From: Candidatus Dormiibacterota bacterium
GTDB taxonomy: Bacteria > Chloroflexota > Dormibacteria > Aeolococcales > Aeolococcaceae
Length of the DNA: 64,000 nucleotides
Reading direction: 5' to 3'
Assembly (NCBI GenBank): GCA_003153125.1
Contig: PLWW01000078.1
Location: 30,945-94,944, forward strand
Shown: one piece after another, positions 63,574-64,000 of the stretch
Layout of the letters: the number at the start of each line of letters is the position of its first letter
Position numbering within the stretch: the first letter of the stretch is position 1
Notes under the pieces: generated by a model
The model's input: the letters and a program-made list of their open reading frames with translations, nothing else
Told to the model about the DNA's origin: nothing
Database searches by the model: none
Made by a program: the position numbers and the translations under genes

Positions 63574-64000
63574 CGCGGCGCCGCCACGGGCAGGCGGTCG
63601 CGCCTGAGGAGGGCGGCCAGGTCCTCGACGGTGACCGGGCCCGGGGAGGCAAACAGAGCGCCCAGCTGGGTTGCGCGAGAGCGGGACCCGCTCAGCGCCG
63701 AGGCGGGCGCTCCGAGGTCGTTGACGTGGCCGGCCTCGATGACCAGCACGCGGTCGGCCACCGAGGCCGCGAGGTCGCTGTCGTGAGTGGCCACCACGAC
63801 CGACGCCCCCCGCGCGGTGAGGCTCCGGATCGCTCTCACCAGGCCCTCGCGGGCGGCGCCGTCCATGCCACGGGTGGGCTCGTCGAGGAGGGCGACCCGT
63901 GGCAGCCCGCACAGGATCGCGGCGATTGCGGCGCGCTGACGCTGGCCGCTGCTGAGGTCGCGAGGGTCGCAGCCGGCGATGGCCTCGATGCCGAGCGTGC
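63570..64000 (-). CDS. ABC/ECF transporter ATP-binding protein, C-terminal part (5' end outside window)
   Basis: LSSGQRQRAAIAAIL (ABC signature), LLDEPTRGMD (Walker B), VVVATHD (H-loop). Confidence 0.8.
   Translation of the reverse strand, partial: TLGIEAIAGCDPRDLSSGQRQRAAIAAILCGLPRVALLDEPTRGMDGAAREGLVRAIRSLTARGASVVVATHDSDLAASVADRVLVIEAGHVNDLGAPASALSGSRSRATQLGALFASPGPVTVEDLAALLRRDRLPVAAPR

Noticed and set aside
1-64000. CRISPR arrays, IS elements, integrases, prophage genes, toxin-antitoxin pairs
   Set aside because: I scanned both strands and the ORF list. I saw no spaced direct repeats, transposase or integrase motifs, or typical TA gene pairs.

Overview
High-GC (by eye about 70%) bacterial chromosome segment with dense coding and no rRNA, CRISPR array, IS element or integrase that I could recognise. 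Positions 1-28.3 kb are a co-directional housekeeping block with actinobacterial-type synteny. It runs ruvX-mltG-aroE-prepilin peptidase-aroC-aroK/B-aroQ-efp-asp23-nusB-xseA-xseB-tlyA-nadK-recN-scpA-scpB-rluB-cmk-plsC-dinG-CN hydrolase-nadE-rsmI-metG-tatD-rsmA-MFS, and most junctions are 4-nt ATGA/GTGA overlaps. A tRNA-Val(GAC) at 28646-28722 marks the switch to a mixed-strand, more accessory region. This region contains several decayed genes: a DUF664/DinB remnant, a B12-binding radical SAM gene with two lesions, and a truncated tatC. It also holds a putrescine/GABA-type catabolic divergon and a SoxR-controlled four-gene operon (SDR, QueA-like, NTF2-like, PhzF-like). Further on are a histidine kinase with a receiver-only partner, an archaeal-type tyrosyl-tRNA synthetase, transporters and several unannotated small ORFs. 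The candidates I rank highest for follow-up are: (1) a 28-codon ORF with strong coding-type codon bias, stop-start coupled (GTGA) to the B12/radical-SAM gene, which may be a RiPP-like relic; (2) the SoxR-box promoter driving SDR/QueA-like/NTF2/PhzF; (3) a 14-codon ORF with a strong SD plus stacked hairpins upstream of an MFS gene, next to the two-component system. All functional calls rest on my reading of the translated ORFs and remembered family motifs. No database search was possible.
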